A stretch of DNA of 64,000 nt, from assembly GCA_945836755.1 (NCBI GenBank), contig CAMAMB010000007.1, positions 1,828 to 65,827 of the forward strand, given 5' to 3'. Below, in pieces: positions 19,278-28,536 of this stretch. Below the pieces are notes generated by a model, which searched no databases, had not been told where the DNA came from, and saw nothing but the letters and a program-made list of their open reading frames with translations. This stretch comes from an uncultured Bacteroidales bacterium (GTDB taxonomy: Bacteria > Bacteroidota > Bacteroidia > Bacteroidales > Bacteroidaceae). Made by a program: the position numbers and the translations under genes. The first letter of the stretch is position 1; each line of letters starts with the position of its first letter.

Positions 19278-21146
19278 ATGATTAAGACAAACAAAAATCG
19301 TTTTGTCCCCCTTCTCATCTCCCTCGGAGTATGTGTCGGCATCTTGCTCGGCAGTTTCTTTGCCAACCACTTTACTTCCGGCCGTCTCAATATCATCAAT
19401 AATTCGAGCAACAAGGTGATTGACCTCTTCCATCTCGTAGACGACCAGTACGTGGACTCGGTCAACATCTCCGACCTCGTAGAGAAGTCAATGCCTCAGA
19501 TACTCAAAGAGCTGGACCCACACTCTGTCTATATTTCTGCTGCCGATGCCGATGCTTCTATGCAGGAGCTGAAGGGCAGTTTCTCGGGCATAGGGGTGCA
19601 GTTCTCTATCTTCGACGACACCATCCGCATCGTCCGCGTCTTGCCGGGTGGTCCGTCCGAGGGTAGTGGCCTTATAGCCGGTGACCGCATAGTCAAGGTC
19701 AATGGCGAGCTCTATGTGGGCGATACCATCCATAATGACGGCGTGATGAAGCGCCTCAAAGGCCCCGGCGGAAGCACCTGCCGCATTGAGGTACAGCGGG
19801 CCGGCGTCAAGCAGCTCATCCCATATAGCATTGTGCGCGGCGCCGTGCCTGTCCACACGGTGAGTGCTGTCTACATGGTTACTCCACAGATAGGCTATAT
19901 CCGCATCAACAGCTTTGGTGATACCACCTACGGCGAGTTCCTTGCAGCCCTCTCCAAGCTCCAAGCAGAGAATTTTGAAAAGCTCATCATCGACCTGCGC
20001 GGCAACCTGGGTGGCTATATGGAGCCGGCCATCCAGATAGCCAACGAGTTCCTTCCCAAGAATGCGCTCATCGTCTACACGGAAGGCCGCAAGTCTCCGC
20101 GAAAGGAGTATCGCACCGACGGACGCGGCGTATACCAGTCCATGCCACTGACCATACTCATCGACGAGACGTCAGCCTCTGCCAGCGAAATTCTCGCGGG
20201 TGCCATTCAAGACAATGACCGTGGCACCATCATCGGCCGCCGCAGCTTCGGCAAGGGCTTGGTCCAAGTGCCCATCGAGTTCCCTGACGGCTCCATGCTC
20301 CGCCTGACCACGGCCCGTTACTATACTCCCTCGGGGCGCTGTGTGCAGAAGCCGTACACCCCGGGCGACGAAGAAAAATACGAGGCCGACCTCCTGCTGC
20401 GCGCCGAGAGCGGCGAGTACTTCTCGGCCGACAGCATCCGACAGTCCGGGACCGAGTATCACACTCGGTTAGGGCGTGTGGTCTATGGGGGAGGCGGCAT
20501 CGTGCCCGACATCTTCGTGCCACGCGACACAGTGGGTATGACTTCTTATTTCCGCGATGCCTACATGGGCACCTACATCCACAGATACGCCTACCACTTT
20601 GTAGACTCCCATCGTCAGGCCCTGCGTAAATTCACCACTTTGGAGGAAGTGCTGAAGTTTCTCCGCAGGTACAACCTTCCCAAGGAGTTTGCCGCGTATG
20701 CCGAGACCAAGGGGCTGAAGCGTCGCAATATCATGCTGCACACTTCGTACCGTCTGTTCCAGACCCACCTCACTTCGGCCATTCTCTCTGATATTTTCGA
20801 TGAGGCTGAGACCCAGCGCTACGCCAATCAGACCGACCCCATGGTCATTCGCGCCGTCGGCCAGCTCAGCTCCGGCAATAAAGATTTTCCCAAGGTCTCA
20901 TCTCGCGTGGAGGGCGCTGCATGGAAGGCTCTTTTGCCTCCATTCCGCAGCCATGCCATTACGGCTGCGGTCTTCTCCATCCCTTTCTCGCAGGCTCTCT
21001 GCCCTTTCCCGAGCGTCTGTCAGCGTAGCCTCTTCGAGGGGCCATGCCTTGTGCCTGCTGCCAAACCGTCATCCCGAACCCTTCCCCTCTTTGCCTTATG
21101 GCCTCAACCCTCTCTTCTCAGAAGCAAGCCCTACGTTCGCGGCTGA
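19278..21146 (+). CDS. S41 family C-terminal processing protease (PDZ + S41)
   Basis: LDPHSVY, FSGIG, DLRGNLGG, SASASE, SFGKGLVQ, ARYYTPSGR. Confidence 0.93.
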   Translation: MIKTNKNRFVPLLISLGVCVGILLGSFFANHFTSGRLNIINNSSNKVIDLFHLVDDQYVDSVNISDLVEKSMPQILKELDPHSVYISAADADASMQELKGSFSGIGVQFSIFDDTIRIVRVLPGGPSEGSGLIAGDRIVKVNGELYVGDTIHNDGVMKRLKGPGGSTCRIEVQRAGVKQLIPYSIVRGAVPVHTVSAVYMVTPQIGYIRINSFGDTTYGEFLAALSKLQAENFEKLIIDLRGNLGGYMEPAIQIANEFLPKNALIVYTEGRKSPRKEYRTDGRGVYQSMPLTILIDETSASASEILAGAIQDNDRGTIIGRRSFGKGLVQVPIEFPDGSMLRLTTARYYTPSGRCVQKPYTPGDEEKYEADLLLRAESGEYFSADSIRQSGTEYHTRLGRVVYGGGGIVPDIFVPRDTVGMTSYFRDAYMGTYIHRYAYHFVDSHRQALRKFTTLEEVLKFLRRYNLPKEFAAYAETKGLKRRNIMLHTSYRLFQTHLTSAILSDIFDEAETQRYANQTDPMVIRAVGQLSSGNKDFPKVSSRVEGAAWKALLPPFRSHAITAAVFSIPFSQALCPFPSVCQRSLFEGPCLVPAAKPSSRTLPLFALWPQPSLLRSKPYVRG

Positions 21147-22108
21147 AGCAGGCTGTGGCGGCTCTTCCGCCCGTGCAGCGACGTCGTGAGGCTGCGGCCC
21201 TCTTCTACAGCCTGCTGCGCTGTGAGGCCTTTGCCCGGGCCCGCACGGTCATGCTCTATGCCTCGTTGCCCGACGAGGCCGACACGCATAGCTGGCCGGC
21301 TTCGTTGCAGGAGTTGGGTAAGCGCGTCGTCCTGCCTGTCGTGGTGGGCGACGGCCTTGAGCTGCGCGAGTATGTCGACGATGCTTCCCTGCGTCCCGGA
21401 GCCTATCACATCCTCGAGCCCCAAGGGCCGGCTTTCACCGACCTTTCGGCTGTCGACCTCGTCGTAGTACCGGGAGTGGGGTTCGACGCTGCCGGCCATC
21501 GTTTAGGCCGTGGTCGTGGCTACTATGACCGCTTCCTCTCCCAGCCGGCCCTTTCTCACGCTTACAAGGTTGGGTGTGCCTTTAGCTGCCAGGTGGTGGC
21601 TGAAGTGCCCGTCGAGCCCCATGATTTTGCGGTGCATGCCCTCTTGGATCCTCATCTCGTGCCGGCCGAAGAGCCAGCCTCGCTACCTCCCTTCTATGCA
21701 GGTCTCCTCTTGCCTCTCCCGGTCCACGCCGATGCCCGGGGTTCATTGGTGGCGGTGGCCACGCAGGCCGTGCCTCCCGTAGGCCATGCCGTCGACCGTG
21801 TGTTCTGGATTACAGGTGTGCCCCATGGTCAGTCGCGTGGCTTCCATGCCCATCGCAGTTGCCACGAGGTGCTTTTCTGCCTGCGGGGCTCACTCACAGT
21901 CCATTTAGACGATGGGCGTCATCCCGCCGTGGCATATCGCCTATCTTCCCCGGCTGAGGGGCTGCGCATACCCCCTATGTATTGGTGCGAGCTCACTGAT
22001 TTCTCCGCCGACGCCCTATGTCTCTGTTTAGCCTCCGGCGCTTACGACCACGACGGATACATCGAGACCTACGACAGCTTCTTGGCCACGGTCCGAGCAG
22101 GCCGTTAG
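21098..22108 (+). CDS. Fusion: 5-formyltetrahydrofolate cyclo-ligase + C-terminal FdtA/QdtA (WxcM-like) cupin sugar 3,4-ketoisomerase
   Basis: N-terminal: K..LR, ILEP, VPGVGFD..G.RLGRGRGYYDRFL, EPHD. C-terminal: DARGSL, RVFW, RGFHAH, GL.IPPMYW, LAS..YD...YI..YD.F. No stop between the domains. Confidence 0.88.
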   Translation: MASTLSSQKQALRSRLKQAVAALPPVQRRREAAALFYSLLRCEAFARARTVMLYASLPDEADTHSWPASLQELGKRVVLPVVVGDGLELREYVDDASLRPGAYHILEPQGPAFTDLSAVDLVVVPGVGFDAAGHRLGRGRGYYDRFLSQPALSHAYKVGCAFSCQVVAEVPVEPHDFAVHALLDPHLVPAEEPASLPPFYAGLLLPLPVHADARGSLVAVATQAVPPVGHAVDRVFWITGVPHGQSRGFHAHRSCHEVLFCLRGSLTVHLDDGRHPAVAYRLSSPAEGLRIPPMYWCELTDFSADALCLCLASGAYDHDGYIETYDSFLATVRAGR

Positions 22109-22139
22109 CTTCCTTTCCCCTCTCACACTCTCTGTTTAG

Positions 22140-23111
22140 ATGCAGTTCACGCTCCAGCCATATTGTCCGGCGCTTCGTCCCGACTGGGATGCGCTTGTGG
22201 AGGCTGCCCGCCAGGGCACCTTCCTCTTTCAGCGTAGCTTCATGGACTATCACAGCGCTCGTTTCGCTGATTGCTCGTTGCTCTTCTACGCGGGCGACCG
22301 GCGCGTGGTAGCGGCCTTCCCGGCCTGCCGCATGGGCGATGCTGAGGTTGTGAGCCATGCCGGCCTCACATACGGCGGCTTGCTCACGCTGCCGTCGGTC
22401 GGGGCAGCCACTGTCCTCGACATGTACGCCGCCCTGAAGGCATATTATAAGCAGTCGGGGGTAAGCCGTCTTGTCGTCAAGCCTGTGCCGTGGATTTACC
22501 ACCGTTACCCGGCTGAGGAGGAGCAGTATGCCCTCTTCCGTCAGGGGGCTGTGCTCTCTGCGCGTGCCGTTTCGTCGGTGGTCGACCTTTCCCGCCCTCT
22601 CCCCCTTTCCACCCTGCGCCGCCGCTGTTGCCGCAAGGCCGAGCGCACCGGTTTGCTCAGTCTTCAGTCCACGGCCGACCATCTGCCCGCCTACTGGCAG
22701 CTGCTCACTGAGACCCTTGCCGAGCGTCATGGCGTCCGTCCCGTCCATTCGCTCTCTGAGATACAGCTCCTTCTCAGCCGCCACCCGTCGGCCATCCGCC
22801 TCGTCACGGCAACGAAGCCGGTGGGCGATACCATGGAGGTAGTGGCCGGCTGCCTCCTCTTCCTTTGCCCGCCCACTGTCCATGTGCAGTACATTGCCGC
22901 CGGTGCAGAGGGACGTTCGTCGGGGGCTTTAGACCTTCTCTTCGCTCGTCTGATAGACCACTTCGCCGCCTGTCAGGCAGAGTTCCGTTATTTTGACTTC
23001 GGCATCAGCACCGAGGAGGGGGGGCTACGCCTCAACGAGGGACTTCTCTTCCAGAAAGAGGGCTTCGGAGGACGTGCCGTCTGCTACGATGCCTATACGC
23101 TGGTCCTTTGA
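22140..23111 (+). CDS. GNAT/FemAB-like acyltransferase of Bacteroidales amino-sugar clusters
   Basis: TFLF.R.FMDYH..RF.D.SL, SH.GLTYGG, HVQYIA, FDFGISTE.GG..LN.GL..QKEGFG. Confidence 0.85.
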   Translation: MQFTLQPYCPALRPDWDALVEAARQGTFLFQRSFMDYHSARFADCSLLFYAGDRRVVAAFPACRMGDAEVVSHAGLTYGGLLTLPSVGAATVLDMYAALKAYYKQSGVSRLVVKPVPWIYHRYPAEEEQYALFRQGAVLSARAVSSVVDLSRPLPLSTLRRRCCRKAERTGLLSLQSTADHLPAYWQLLTETLAERHGVRPVHSLSEIQLLLSRHPSAIRLVTATKPVGDTMEVVAGCLLFLCPPTVHVQYIAAGAEGRSSGALDLLFARLIDHFAACQAEFRYFDFGISTEEGGLRLNEGLLFQKEGFGGRAVCYDAYTLVL

Positions 23112-23163
23112 AGCCCCGTCTGCTGTTTCTCCGGATGCTTTCCCGTTTTCTTATCCCTACACC

Positions 23164-24276
23164 ATGGTACCCTATTATCCTTTAGATCGTGTCAATGCGG
23201 CCTTCCGGCCGGCGCTGAGTGCCGCCATCGAGCAGGTGGTCAGCAGCGGCTGGTATGTGGGAGGTGAGGCGTTGAGCGACTTTGAGACTGCCTTCGCCCG
23301 TTATGTAGGCGTGCCCCATTGTGTCGGTGTGGGCAATGGTCTCGATGCCCTCACCCTTTCGCTTCAGGCTATGGGGCTTCGTTACGGATGGACTGCCGAG
23401 GCCGAAGTTGTAGTGCCGGCATTCACCTTCGTGGCCACGGCCTTGGCAGTGGTGCGTGCGGGCTATCGTCCGGTCTTTGCCGATGTCGACCCCCTGCTCG
23501 CCGTCGTCACGCCCCGCACCATCGAACCCGTCGTCACGCCTCGCACCGTAGCCTTGGTGCCGGTCCATCTTTACGGGCTGCCTGCTCCCATGGATGCCAT
23601 TATGGCGCTGGCCGAGGCCCATGGTCTTCAGGTGGTAGAAGATGCGGCCCAGGCCCACGGCGCCCGTGTGGCAGGCCGTAGGGTAGGGGCGTGGGGTCAT
23701 GCCGCCGCCTTCAGCTTCTATCCCGGCAAGAACCTCGGCGCGCTGGGCGATGGTGGAGCTGTCGTGACCTCCGATGCCGACCTCGCCCGCAGCGTCCGCC
23801 TCCTGGGCAACTATGGCGCTGCCCGCAAGTATCACCACACGGAGAGGGGCGTCAATAGTCGCCTTGACGACCTCCAGGCTGCCGTGCTCTCTGTCAAGCT
23901 GCCCCTGCTTGACGCCCATAACGACCGTCGCCGCAACGTGGCAGCTTACTATGCGTCCCATCTGCCGGCTGAGGTGGTCGCCCTGCCTTACGGGGGCGAT
24001 GTCGCTCAGAGCGTGTTTCATATCTATCCCGTGTGCCACCCCTGCCGTGATGCGCTTCAGGCCCACCTCTCCGCCCATCACGAGGTCGGTTCGCTCATTC
24101 ATTACCCCGTGGCCCTTCCTGACCAGCCCGCGCTTGCGGCTTTTGCCGATGCGGCCTGTCTCTATCCCCATGCCCGCAGGTGGGCGGCGCAGGAGTTGAG
24201 CCTCCCCATCCATCCTTTCATGACCGACGCCGAGCTTGCGCAGGTGGTCGAGGCTGTATGTGCCTTCGGCCGCTGA
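23164..24276 (+). CDS. DegT/DnrJ/EryC1/StrS PLP-dependent sugar aminotransferase (FdtB-like)
   Basis: GNGLDAL, VHLYG, EDAAQAHG, SFYPGKNLGALGDGG, NSRLD. Confidence 0.95.
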   Translation: MVPYYPLDRVNAAFRPALSAAIEQVVSSGWYVGGEALSDFETAFARYVGVPHCVGVGNGLDALTLSLQAMGLRYGWTAEAEVVVPAFTFVATALAVVRAGYRPVFADVDPLLAVVTPRTIEPVVTPRTVALVPVHLYGLPAPMDAIMALAEAHGLQVVEDAAQAHGARVAGRRVGAWGHAAAFSFYPGKNLGALGDGGAVVTSDADLARSVRLLGNYGAARKYHHTERGVNSRLDDLQAAVLSVKLPLLDAHNDRRRNVAAYYASHLPAEVVALPYGGDVAQSVFHIYPVCHPCRDALQAHLSAHHEVGSLIHYPVALPDQPALAAFADAACLYPHARRWAAQELSLPIHPFMTDAELAQVVEAVCAFGR

Positions 24277-24300
24277 CGCATATCTCGACAGATAGCAGCC

Positions 24301-24339
24301 ACCACGCCCCCGCTACCGGTAAGGTAACGGGGGCGTGGT
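24301..24339. terminator. GC-rich hairpin between convergent genes (probable terminator)
   Basis: ACCACGCCCCCG / CGGGGGCGTGGT perfect 12-bp stem; no clear U-tract. Confidence 0.55.
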
Positions 24340-24405
24340 CGTGTTTCATATTGGGCTGCGTGGGGGGCGGCGTCGTGGCTGCCGCTTACCGTTCCGCGTT
24401 CATCG

Positions 24406-25512
24406 TCATATCTTGACGTAACATCCCATTCGGTGCATGGCCCACAGTATGAGGAAGACAATCGAGTAGTTGCCTAACGTGAGCCAAGCGCCGTAGAAGT
24501 CGCCTAACAGCGGCTGTAGTCCGTAGCTCAGCGACTCCACCGCGCTGCGGAAGTTCACCGTCTCGCCTATTAGGTAGGCCATGAGGGAGTTCATGCCGTA
24601 AATCTTCAGCCATCCCCAGCCCTTCACATGTCCCCTTACGTCAATCCACCAGTAGCTCAGGGCCATGAGCAGGAAGCAAAGCCCGCCGGAGTAGAGGGCC
24701 ATGCTCGCCGTCCACAACCGCTTGATAATGGGCATCTCCAAGCTCCATAGCAGCCCGGCCAATACGAGCGCGCCTCCCGTGAGGGCCAGTCGGCCTGCCG
24801 TACGGCTTCGGTCGCTGCTGCCGCGGCGGATGAGCTGGCCGGCCAATGCGCCTAACCAGACCGTCATCCCGAAGGTGAGTGAGCTCAGTAGCCAGGAGTA
24901 GGAGGGGTCGCCCTGAAAACGTCCCATGACCGCCGCGTCAAGGCGTAGCGCTAAGTTGCCGTCCATCGTGTAGTCGCCGCCCACCATCATGGGCAACGTA
25001 TAAGCCGCCAGCAGACACGCTGCCCCGACAGCCTGCCCCTTCAGACTGAAATGCAGCAGCAGGGGCGTGGCTATGAGATAGCCTGTGGCAATGGCCTGCA
25101 ACGTGTTGTTGTAGAAGTAGATGTGGTCTGCGTCAAAGCCCAGTAGGTTGCCCTGCACCACCATGCCCAGCACGAAGAGCACCACGAAGCGCCGGCTCAC
25201 CTTGCGGTAGACGGCGGCCTTGCCTCCCTGCCGCAGCAGTTTCGAGAAGGAGAAGGGCATAGACGTCCCGCTCATGAAGAGGAAGAGGGGCATGACCAGA
25301 TCCCAGGCCCGGAAACCCTCCCACACTTCGTGGTCTAATTGGTAACACACGGCCGCGGCCCAGGGAGCGTCAATCTGCCCGAGCACCGCGCAGGCCACGG
25401 GTTGCAGAAAGACTAAGAGGAAGAGGGTCAGCCCGCGAAGCACGTCTAACGAGGCTAAACGGCCTCCGAGAGGTGAGGGTGAGGCGAGGGTGGCGGATGG
25501 GGATGCTGTCAT
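24406..25512 (-). CDS. Membrane acyltransferase, HGSNAT/DUF5009-like
   Basis: RLASLDVLRG, WDLVMPLFLF, PIIKRLWT.S, GMNS; many TM helices; start at MTASPS. Confidence 0.88.
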   Translation of the reverse strand: MTASPSATLASPSPLGGRLASLDVLRGLTLFLLVFLQPVACAVLGQIDAPWAAAVCYQLDHEVWEGFRAWDLVMPLFLFMSGTSMPFSFSKLLRQGGKAAVYRKVSRRFVVLFVLGMVVQGNLLGFDADHIYFYNNTLQAIATGYLIATPLLLHFSLKGQAVGAACLLAAYTLPMMVGGDYTMDGNLALRLDAAVMGRFQGDPSYSWLLSSLTFGMTVWLGALAGQLIRRGSSDRSRTAGRLALTGGALVLAGLLWSLEMPIIKRLWTASMALYSGGLCFLLMALSYWWIDVRGHVKGWGWLKIYGMNSLMAYLIGETVNFRSAVESLSYGLQPLLGDFYGAWLTLGNYSIVFLILWAMHRMGCYVKI

Positions 25513-25590
25513 GGCGAAGGCGAAAGGGTAGGGGTGAACAGGGTGGCGGCTCCGGCCGCAGGGGCTGACGGTCGTGGCGCGTAAGCGTCG

Positions 25591-25598
25591 CAAAGATA
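25591..25598 (-). promoter_or_regulatory. -7 promoter element (TATCTTTG)
   Basis: TAnnTTTG upstream of the HGSNAT-like gene. Confidence 0.55.
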
Positions 25599-25707
25599 AG
25601 ACTTTCAGCCGTAATGTGGGCGACCTCCGAATGGCCCACCTGCATTCCGGCCCTGCGTCCGCCCGTTTCTGTGCAGCTTCCCGCCGTCACGCCAAGCAGC
25701 CGCGCCA

Positions 25708-25796
25708 AGTGGTTTCGGCCGAAAACAGATGTGGTTCCGACCGAAAACAGATGTGGTTCCGGCCGGAAACAGATGTGGCTTCGGCCGAAAACCACT
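25708..25796. repeat. 22-bp tandem array, 4 x GTGGTTYCGGCCGAAAACAGAT, ends mutually inverted
   Basis: Units start 25709, 25731, 25753, 25775; palindromic core TTCGGCCGAA; ends AGTGGTTTCGGCCGAA / TTCGGCCGAAAACCACT. Confidence 0.93.
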
Positions 25797-26081
25797 GACA
25801 AACCTGCTTCTATTTTTGGCGAATTGCCTTCCAGGATTTGCTACCATTGCTCTCATAAACCGACATATATGGTTGAAGTTCAATTGTATGTAGTGTGTGT
25901 AGTCGTCTGAGGCGGATGTGCTCTCTCTCCGCCCCTACGCCCGTCTCGAGACGGCGGGACGGAAGCAGGATATGCCGTTTTCATCGGCTGCCGTCCGGTT
26001 TCGCCCTCCCCTGTAACCCCGTAGCACGCTGAGAGAGAGCTTAAAATGCGCCGAGATAGCCATTTCTTAAAAAGTTTGCAC

Positions 26082-26089
26082 TACCTTTG
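26082..26089 (+). promoter_or_regulatory. -7 promoter element (TACCTTTG)
   Basis: TAnnTTTG upstream of the GT2 operon. Confidence 0.55.
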
Positions 26090-26240
26090 CAGTCTTCAAA
26101 ATGCCCGCATTCATCGCAAGATAGGCCGAGGCAGACTTTCCGGGCAAGGCTTCGTAGCCGTTCCCCTTCGTCTCAGTCAGCGGTGGCAGGCAGCCTGTCT
26201 CTTCGGCAGGCGTAAGTTCTTCATTCCCTTTGCATCAATT

Positions 26241-27206
26241 ATGAACGAGTATTCCAAAGAGATTTCGGTCGTTGTCCCCCTTTTCAACGAAGCAGAGAGC
26301 CTGCCCGAGTTGCTGGCATGGATCAAGCGCGTCATGGAGGCCCATCAGTTCACTTACGAGGTAATCTTCGTAGACGATGGCAGCACCGACGGTTCATGGT
26401 CACTGATAGAGCAGTTTGCCGCCGACGACCATGTGCACGGCATTAAGTTTCGCCGTAACTACGGCAAGTCGCCGGCCCTGTTCTGCGGCTTTCGTCAGGC
26501 AGTGGGCCGGGTGGTCATCACCATGGATGCCGACCTGCAAGACTCCCCTGACGAAATACCCGAGTTGTACCGCATGATTACCGAGGACGGTTACGACCTC
26601 GTCTCCGGCTACAAGCAGAAGCGTTACGACCCCCTCTCCAAGACCCTGCCTACCAAGCTCTTCAACGCCACTGCGCGCAAGGTGAGCGGCATACACAATC
26701 TGCACGACTTCAATTGCGGCCTCAAGGCATATCGCTTAGAGGTGGTCAAGAGTATAGAGGTCTACGGCGAGATGCACCGCTACATTCCCTACCTGGCCAA
26801 GAATGCCGGTTTCGGGCGGATAGGCGAGAAGGTGGTCCACCACCAGGCCCGTAAGTTCGGCAAGACAAAGTTTGGCGGCCTCAATAGGTTCGTCAACGGC
26901 TACCTTGACTTGGTGAGCCTCTGGTTCCTCAACAGCTTCGGCCTCAAACCCATGCACGTCTTCGGCTTCCTGGGTTCGGTGATGTTCTTCTTAGGCTTCA
27001 TTGCCGTGGTCATAGTGGGCGCCACCAAGCTGTTCCACCTCTGGAACGGCGTGCCCGCCCCGCTGGTGACCCAGTCGCCCTACTTCTACATTGCCCTGAC
27101 CACCATGATATTAGGCACGCAGCTCTTTGTGGCCGGCTTCCTCGGAGAGCTCATCAGCCGTAACTCAGAGCGCCGCAACGAGTATCACATTGAGAAAGAG
27201 ATATAA
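26241..27206 (+). CDS. Glycosyltransferase family 2 (DPM1/ArnC-like, two C-terminal TM helices)
   Basis: SVVVPLFNE, VDDGSTD, RNYGKS, MDADLQD.P, HDFNCG.KAY, MHRYIP. Confidence 0.93.
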   Translation: MNEYSKEISVVVPLFNEAESLPELLAWIKRVMEAHQFTYEVIFVDDGSTDGSWSLIEQFAADDHVHGIKFRRNYGKSPALFCGFRQAVGRVVITMDADLQDSPDEIPELYRMITEDGYDLVSGYKQKRYDPLSKTLPTKLFNATARKVSGIHNLHDFNCGLKAYRLEVVKSIEVYGEMHRYIPYLAKNAGFGRIGEKVVHHQARKFGKTKFGGLNRFVNGYLDLVSLWFLNSFGLKPMHVFGFLGSVMFFLGFIAVVIVGATKLFHLWNGVPAPLVTQSPYFYIALTTMILGTQLFVAGFLGELISRNSERRNEYHIEKEI

Positions 27207-27224
27207 ATCCACCCTTCCAACCCC

Positions 27225-27803
27225 ATGACCCACCGACAGCACGATACAGCGTCATCACGCCCCACGCTACGCCGCCTCGGCCATCTTGCCCCCCTGCTGT
27301 GGCTTCTCCTGCTCGGAGGCGTGGCAGCGTGCACCAGCATATCCTGTCCGCTCGAGAAGGTGACAGGTGCAAGGTGCAGGATATACGATGCCGATACGGA
27401 GAAGGAGCAGCCCATAGCTGCGGAAGTGGCCCTTACCGTGAAGCCCTACCTGCGCGACACCGTGCTGCTCAACCGGGCCAGCAGTGTCTCCGACTTCATC
27501 CTGCCGCTGAAAGCCACGGAGCAGGCAGACACCCTCCTCTTCTACTTCTTCGCCTCCGATGCCGAGCATGAAGACGAGACGTATGCCGATACACTGCGCA
27601 TCATCCATACGCCACAACCCCATTTCGAGAGCGTAGACTGCCCGCTGCAGGTGTTCCACAAAATTAGTTCGGTGGAGTGGACCTCACACCCCCTGAGCGT
27701 CTTCCCCGTCACCATAGACAGCGTAGCCGTCATAGGTAGCCAAGTTGACTATGAAACTCCTGAGAATTTACGCATATATCTTCGTCGTGCTGCTGAGCAG
27801 TAG
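27225..27803 (+). CDS. Lipoprotein, DUF6452-like
   Basis: Lipobox LLGGVAA-C; F.S.DC motif; usual position after GT2 in Bacteroidales. Confidence 0.7.
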   Translation: MTHRQHDTASSRPTLRRLGHLAPLLWLLLLGGVAACTSISCPLEKVTGARCRIYDADTEKEQPIAAEVALTVKPYLRDTVLLNRASSVSDFILPLKATEQADTLLFYFFASDAEHEDETYADTLRIIHTPQPHFESVDCPLQVFHKISSVEWTSHPLSVFPVTIDSVAVIGSQVDYETPENLRIYLRRAAEQ

Positions 27804-28536
27804 CCGGCCGCTATCGAGCAGGGCCGCCGCCCCGACCGCCGCATTGCTGTGGCAGACCGAAGCAGTGGGCGACAGCCTGCATGCCGACAGCGCAGCGACG
27901 AAGCCCCGCCTGCTGTTTGCAAAGAAGCAGACAGAGAAGGCCCCCCTGCTGCGAGGCTTCAGTGCAGGCTTCGACCTGTGTGGCGCAGCCATGGCCCTCA
28001 TCGGCAAGTGGGGACAGTATGAAGGTACGTTGCGGGCCGCCGTCGGCCGCCGCTTCTACCCCGTGATAGAAGGCGGTCTCGGCGTGAGCGACCATACAGG
28101 CGAGTCAACCGGCATACGTTTCAAGGTCAGCGCCCCCTACTTCAGGCTCGGCCTCGATTACGACATGTGTAACACACCCAGCATAGATGGTCGCATCTTC
28201 CTCGGGGCGCGTTACGCCTTCTCTGCCTTCAAGTACAGCGTGCAGGCACCTGCCATCGACGACCCGTATTATGAAACCCGCCTGCCCGTCAGCTACGACG
28301 GACTCAAAGGCTTCGACCAGTGGATAGAACTATGCGGCGGCCTCGAGGCACACTTGTGGGGACCGGTGTATGCAGGTTGGAGCCTGCGCTACAAGCTCCG
28401 CATCAGCGACAAGAAGTCTGCCCTCGGAAGCCCCTGGTATGTGCCCGGCTACGGACGGAACGACGGACATGCCCTCGGCGGATCTTTCACCATCGTAATA
28501 GATATAAGTCATGCCCTCCATACTGAAAAGAAGTAA
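27751..28536 (+). CDS. DUF6048-like outer-membrane beta-barrel protein
   Basis: Signal peptide; YP..E.G.G, PYFR.G.DY, PWYVPGYG; alternating aromatic strands. Confidence 0.72.
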   Translation: MKLLRIYAYIFVVLLSSSRPLSSRAAAPTAALLWQTEAVGDSLHADSAATKPRLLFAKKQTEKAPLLRGFSAGFDLCGAAMALIGKWGQYEGTLRAAVGRRFYPVIEGGLGVSDHTGESTGIRFKVSAPYFRLGLDYDMCNTPSIDGRIFLGARYAFSAFKYSVQAPAIDDPYYETRLPVSYDGLKGFDQWIELCGGLEAHLWGPVYAGWSLRYKLRISDKKSALGSPWYVPGYGRNDGHALGGSFTIVIDISHALHTEKK

